A DNA stretch of 14,291 nt from contig JAQGDQ010000859.1 of the NCBI GenBank assembly GCA_030141605.1, positions 1 through 14,291 on the forward strand, in the 5' to 3' direction. A program made the position numbers and the translations under genes. This DNA comes from Tubiluchus corallicola. Taxonomy: Eukaryota > Animalia > Priapulida. The first letter of the stretch is position 1. Every line of letters starts with the position of its first letter. Shown one piece after another: positions 10,301 through 14,291 of this stretch. Below the pieces are notes generated by a model. It saw nothing but the letters and a program-made list of their open reading frames with translations, made no database searches and was not told where the DNA came from.

Positions 10301-13300
10301 GAGCTTTTCACTTTCACATTAATTTAAATCTGACTTCAAAAAGTGCTTTCATTTCCCTTTAAGAAATGAAATAGACTCTGTTTTATTAAAACCTATCACA
10401 GTATTTTGGTATCCTATTGGATATCATTTTCAAGTGCCACAGAACATCGGACATCTTAAAAGTTCTATGTACGCACCTGAAGTAAAGATAAATAAACACG
10501 AAACAAAATTTTATCATCCAATATATAAATTATTCTATCATTTATTATTAAAAGTAAAGCACAGTTACGGCAAAACCGTGCCCAATCTTAAACTGTAGGT
10601 CAAAACAATCTACTCTGCAAATATTGAAAGGAAACGTACTATTTTTTCAAAAATGACTTGCGTGAAAAATTATTACCACACAAACACAATTTCACATTCA
10701 CGCCACTAGTTCATTGGTGCTACATGCATTTCACCATTCGGTAGTTAGATGGGCGCTAGCGCCTGCATTTCGGAAATGCATTGCACAAATAACATTTGCT
10801 GTATCTCTTAGATCAGATGTGTTACTTTGGCAGTTCATGCGTGAGCACAGCGATAAATTTGAAATTTGAATTTTTGTCTTAAAATTTGCTTAGTTTAGTA
10901 CAACACACTGACTATCTTACAGTAGCACTGTTCTTCAATTTTTGCTTTCACAATCACATGCAACATGCTCATGGAATATTTTTGCTGTTGAAAATTATGT
11001 TAGGTTTGCGAAGTCGTTAATAGTTGAGCTGTTAGTTAATTAAATTTTTAATCTATTGTTTAATTATCAGAAACGTTTTTGCAGTATTAGTTATGTTAAA
11101 ATGTATACTTTTTATTGGGCTTGAAAATGGGGTAGTATGTGAAAAAAATCATCCTGTTTCCCTTTAAAGATTTAAAATTTAAGAGCCAATAATATTGCGT
11201 TAGACTTTGATAAAATAGAATCTATTTCAATGCTTAAGCCAAAAACTTTATTGTTATCAAAATACAGAGGTGTTGTGATGTATATACAATCTGCTACATA
11301 AATATGGATAATAATATTTACGTAATGCTGACAATTAATAAGAAGTAGTAATTAACAATAAAAAGTACAGAAAATATTTAATACATTTGGTAAACTAAAA
11401 TAATATCAGGTTAATATACAGCCAAAAAAGTAATAATAAACTTACTTGTTTGGAATCTTGAAATAGCGGAAACAAGGCCAGATGAAAGCTTCAAAGATTG
11501 GTATAAGAATCACGATAAACAAAGGATTAATAAGCTGGAAAAGTAAGAATACAAAAGCATATGCAAACACAAAGTAATGTAAACACAGGAACAGATTACT
11601 TATTTCCCACACATGTGAAAACCTGTAGCGGTAAAATAAAATTCACTGTTAGACCTACTGAACAACAAATCATATAAAGTTGAATTATTTGCTTATTAAT
11701 TGGTGCTTTATACAGCCTAACTGATGGTCAGAAACTAAGGCTCTAGGTTAAGTAGTAAAAGCACATTTCTAATGCTTAAACTAGTCAAGTACATTACTAG
11801 GAATGTATGAAATTGTCTTTGGTACCCCATGGGTATAAAATTGCAAAGAAATTTTTGAGTGAATTGACATCTGCAAAAATGTTTTTATGACTACAACAGG
11901 TCTCTTGTGATATAAAAAAGCATTCAAGTTATTTCAAGTTGAGCAAATTTATCCATGTACTAAAAAACTGTCTTCATTATTAAATCTGTTCAAAAAAAAA
12001 CTGATAACAGTAATGGAAGCCTTTGTCCAGACAAATATATTATGAGTACACACCTGCATTTGATCTGGCTTGAGGTCAAACGTGCTGTCACCTAACTGCC
12101 CTTTCATTTTGTCGGCTTGTAGCACCCAACGAGAACCAGTCTGATCAAACAAAGCCCAGAATACAGGAAGTGGTATGAACATAACAAGCACTTTCATCAC
12201 ACCTTTCAAGTCCAATACAAACTTTGGCTGCAAAAATAAATCACCAAATTATTCTAAGAAACAAGTTAATGATTCAACCTTATAAGTGTTTTAGAAATTG
12301 TATATATTTTCACTCACTTATATTGAAAGTTAAAAAAATTATAGTCAGATTAGTATTCATAGCCCATGGATGAAATTTCATACATTAGAATTAAATTTAG
12401 TCACAAAAATTCGGCCAGCTGTGGAAATTCGATATCATAATGAATATATAAAATATTTACTTACACGTCAAGTTTTGTCAGAAGTTAATTTACGTTAAAC
12501 TTATTTTCACTGGTTAAAAAAAGTTTTTTCATTGGTCAAAACCTGATCAATGAAATTTAAATAGGTCAGAATACGCTTAATTGTGAATGATGCACGTTTA
12601 AAGTAAATTTTTAAAACTACATTATTTGCTTTAATCACACAGGATTTTTGTTATAAAGGTCAAAAGAATTTTAATTTATAATGACAAGAAGAAAAGTAGA
12701 ACTTACATCATATTCAGGTTCAGCATAGTCGAGCCAATGCTCTTTCTTCTCCTTACTTTTAAATTTTTGTGATATGGCATGCTGAAATGTGACAAAATAT
12801 CAATGCAAATAAGGTATACCATTAGAGAAAACAAATAAAATGACCTTCTTGGCTTTTGACTAAAGTGTCATTTATGTAGCACCCAGAATGCGTTATGCAT
12901 TATAGAATAGCTGTGGAATTAAAAATCAATAGCAAATAACTGGTGAAAAAATAACGCATAATGCAGACCAGATAAACAGGTGCATTGAATACAATATAAA
13001 CAGATTTTATCTATTCTGCAAGCTCCATAACTCATACGCATTCGAGATGCTACATAAACATCACTTAACAGTTGAATAGTCAAAGCATAATAAGATTAGT
13101 TATTAGTGAACTGCTCATCTTACTACATTTGTAAGTCACATTCTTAGAAGTATTTTCTGTCTAACAACTGCTTTTTCCAAAACATCTAATACAGTATTTA
13201 AAAGTTGTTTAGGTATTTCTAAACTATATAACAAATGTGATCTACAATGTTTGATTTTCAATTTTTAAATTTAAAAATTGAGTTATTAGAACAATGAATA

Positions 13301-13542
13301 AAAGATGAATACCATGTCCAATCATTGAAAGCAATAATATTTTATCTTACAATATAAAAAAACAATGTTAGACTAATGTTTTTTATTGATATTTAATAGC
13401 AACACCATCATAAAACCTTTTTTCGGAAAAAATTAAACAAGGTGCTTAGAACTTACACCGATGCATTTTAAGACTTTCACTACTACATTCTCTCCTTGAG
13501 GTTTGTTGATTTTATACAGCGGTTTACCCAGGATAAACAACA
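1156..13542 (-). CDS. SLC15A1: SLC15/PepT-type proton-coupled oligopeptide transporter (POT/PTR2 family), 5'-partial, 13 exons: join of 13457-13542, 12707-12781, 12054-12227, 11446-11534, 8959-9040, 6849-6974, 6107-6298, 5223-5269, 4830-4958, 4308-4467, 4000-4131, 2900-3007, 1156-1392
   Basis: Manual splicing gives one stop-free frame (1637 nt) with GT-AG boundaries and consistent phases. PepT hallmark motifs are present: EHWLDYA, FIPLPVFWALFDQTGSRW, PDQMQLINP, PLQKMCVGM, WQVPQFFVLTVGEVVFSVTGLEFAYSQAP, MKSLMQAAWLLTVAFGN. It also has the metazoan-type large loop between TM9 and TM10. The symbol is family-level: an invertebrate gene cannot be assigned to A1 versus A2 without a tree. Confidence 0.95.
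2900..3007 (-). CDS. SLC15A1: PepT exon (108 nt, phase 0-0): APPAMKSLMQAAWLLTVAFGNLIVVIVAEAQLMPTQ (TM11)
   Basis: Acceptor tttatttcag, donor CAG|gtacgt. Has the AP..MKS..QA.WLLTVA.GN motif. Confidence 0.96.
4000..4131 (-). CDS. SLC15A1: PepT exon (132 nt, phase 0-0): YEYYQFEVVPANNFSILWQVPQFFVLTVGEVVFSVTGLEFAYSQ (TM10)
   Basis: Acceptor ttctag, donor CAG|gtatga. Has the highly conserved GEVVFSVTGLEF.YSQ motif. Confidence 0.96.
4308..4467 (-). CDS. SLC15A1: PepT exon (160 nt, phase 2-0): YDLLLHDPSNDPETGFTNVTEELDYDTGATYTIIVRNKPDEDPPGFGYDKSDK
   Basis: Lies within ORF 4215..4475. Acceptor ttttgttaag, donor AAG|gtacta. G..YT.I resembles the last strand of the PepT extracellular domain. Confidence 0.88.
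4830..4958 (-). CDS. SLC15A1: PepT exon (129 nt, phase 2-2): TVSWLYAKTDIVYWSYSTYKNQWYEGMTFAMTSNVTANNATG(Q)
   Basis: Acceptor ttaattacag, donor gtaagt. Open in the required frame, with N-V-T and N-A-T sequons. An alternative in-frame acceptor 9 nt downstream (exon edge 4949) is possible. Confidence 0.78.
5223..5269 (-). CDS. SLC15A1: PepT small exon (47 nt, phase 0-2): YEDNLEKTSKSEISH(R)
   Basis: Acceptor cctttag, strong donor AG|gtaagt. It supplies the phase 0 to phase 2 change needed between the flanking exons. Confidence 0.8.
6107..6298 (-). CDS. SLC15A1: PepT exon (192 nt, phase 0-0): LEEKRLAPEKPYEFSFFWDDNCIFKDRGSELKVTFSGKKEKGYTIVVGENIDASYKITGLKSLQ (extracellular domain)
   Basis: Acceptor ctaatttcag, donor CAG|gtacaa. 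Open frame of exactly 64 codons with a beta-strand-like YTIVV. Confidence 0.85.
6849..6974 (-). CDS. SLC15A1: PepT exon (126 nt, phase 0-0): KTLVTVPDTETRLLFMNAGPCDLKISGDAEIFPADSKLFLGK, start of the extracellular domain
   Basis: Acceptor cattttcag, donor AAG|gtgagt. KTL..P followed by a beta-strand and N...C matches the start of the PepT extracellular domain. Confidence 0.9.
8959..9040 (-). CDS. SLC15A1: PepT exon (82 nt, phase 2-0): PLQKMCVGMFLAGCSFIIAMFLQLEVE (TM9)
   Basis: Acceptor tgttgcag, donor GAG|gttaag. Has the L.KM.VGM.LA pattern of TM9. Confidence 0.92.
10624..11167. mobile_element. Possible degenerate non-autonomous DNA transposon (MITE) remnant, TTAA-type
   Basis: The right end read inward (ttaa-agggaaacaggatgattttttttca) loosely matches the left end (ttgaaaggaaacgtactattttttca), and there are internal palindromes at 10752-10780. 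The TIR match is poor and there is no ORF. Confidence 0.25.
11446..11534 (-). CDS. SLC15A1: PepT exon (89 nt, phase 0-2): LINPLFIVILIPIFEAFIWPCFRYFKIPN(K) (TM8)
   Basis: Acceptor cttttccag, donor gtaagt. Has the NP....I.IPIF(D/E)...P pattern of TM8. Confidence 0.93.
12054..12227 (-). CDS. SLC15A1: PepT exon (174 nt, phase 0-0): PKFVLDLKGVMKVLVMFIPLPVFWALFDQTGSRWVLQADKMKGQLGDSTFDLKPDQMQ (TM7)
   Basis: Lies within ORF 11949..12233. Acceptor tttttgcag, donor CAG|gtgtgt. Has the FWALFDQxGSRW and PDQMQ motifs. Confidence 0.96.
12707..12781 (-). CDS. SLC15A1: PepT exon (75 nt, phase 0-0): HAISQKFKSKEKKEHWLDYAEPEYD
   Basis: Acceptor catttcag, donor gtaagt. Contains the conserved EHWLD(W/Y)A loop motif. 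Confidence 0.93.
13362..13451. repeat. 90-bp perfect direct repeat, copy 1 (intronic, abuts the splice donor of exon 13457-13542)
   Basis: acaatgttagactaatg...caaggtgcttagaa is identical to 13865-13954, offset 503 bp. Confidence 0.97.
13457..13542 (-). CDS. SLC15A1: PepT exon (86 nt, phase 1-0): xLFILGKPLYKINKPQGENVVVKVLKCIG, end of TM6 and cytoplasmic loop
   Basis: Acceptor tttttcag at 13543-13550, donor GT|gtaagt at 13456. Resembles the G..Y....PQG.....V.KCIG segment of PepT1. Confidence 0.9.
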
Positions 13543-13780
13543 CTGAAAAAACAAAGGCTGTTGTAAAAATTGCCACTTATATTTTTTGGACTGTTTAACC
13601 AAGAACGAGTCACACAAAAAAAGTATATTGACTGTTTTAAACTTAAATTATAACTAGGGTGCAAATTTGTAGCACATAACCCGTAGCCAGTAAATTGTAA
13701 GGCCATACCATGACCCATATTATGGGAACTCACTAATTCGGCTTCCCTGTTGAGCACACAGAAAGTTTTGTTTACTAAAG

Positions 13781-13810
13781 TAATGTAGTGTAGTGCAGTG
13801 AAGTGCAGTT
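13781..13810. repeat. Short degenerate pentanucleotide tandem repeat (NAGTG)x6
   Basis: taatg tagtg tagtg cagtg aagtg cagtt. Confidence 0.7.
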
Positions 13811-13864
13811 AGTACAGGAAACTTTTGTGTGTACTTGTGATTAAACACTAAAGCAGTATGCATG

Positions 13865-13954
13865 ACAATGTTAGACTAATGTTTTTTATTGATATTTAAT
13901 AGCAACACCATCATAAAACCTTTTTTCGGAAAAAATTAAACAAGGTGCTTAGAA
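13865..13954. repeat. 90-bp perfect direct repeat, copy 2 (in the upstream intron)
   Basis: Identical to 13362-13451, including homopolymer lengths. Confidence 0.97.
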
Positions 13955-14291
13955 GTCTCAGCTTAGACACTCAGAGGGCAAATTTCAGCCGACTTGCAAA
14001 AACATTGGTGGTTGTTTAATGATAATTATTGCTAGCCACAGTTAAGATTAGTGAGTAAGCAGCTGTAATTCACGATGAACATTAGTGAGTCAGATACGTT
14101 CGAGAAGAATGAGATATGTTAGTATCATTTTCAAAACTAGCCAGTTTTAATTATTGGCAAAATACAAAACAAACATTTGCTTGAGATTAGACAAAATATC
14201 TCTATAATATCATGGACATGGCATACTGTAAAAATTCCAAACGGGTTACATGTTTTAAAAGCAAGATCGTTTTGCATGTAATTATGCTGTT

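Noticed and set aside
12697-13456. Two consecutive introns both begin gtaagttcta
   Set aside because: Six of the ten bases are the donor consensus, and the remaining four can match by chance.
13524-13757. 77-aa minus-strand ORF overlapping the first visible exon
   Set aside because: It is mostly intronic and in a different frame from the PepT exon 13457-13542.
14047-14090. attagtgagt repeated 34 bp apart (CRISPR-like spacing)
   Set aside because: Only two 10-bp copies, in a eukaryotic intron, with no array or cas genes.
13543-14291. Search for the next upstream PepT exon (TM6, expected roughly CYPLAFGVP)
   Set aside because: No matching frame with splice sites was found. The exon must lie beyond the window.

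Overview
AT-rich animal (probably invertebrate) genomic DNA. It carries the 3' part of a spliced minus-strand gene for a proton-coupled oligopeptide transporter (POT/PTR2 family, SLC15A1/A2 PepT-type). I could assemble 13 exons with GT-AG introns and matching phases: 1637 coding nt, about 545 aa, from the end of TM6 through the large extracellular domain to the stop at 1156. The 5' exons lie beyond the right edge. The main oddity is at the left edge. Bases 1-453 are an inverted copy (452/453 identical) of 838-1290, covering the last 44 codons, the stop and most of the 3' UTR, around a 384-bp spacer. The copy lacks the AATAAA signal. This is either a very recent tail-to-tail duplication that could make a long hairpin RNA against its own gene, or a fold-back amplification/assembly chimera. 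A perfect 90-bp direct repeat also brackets one coding exon (13362-13451 and 13865-13954). The longest intron has weak signs of TTAA-type DNA transposon ends. No prokaryotic features, RNA genes or CRISPR arrays were seen.
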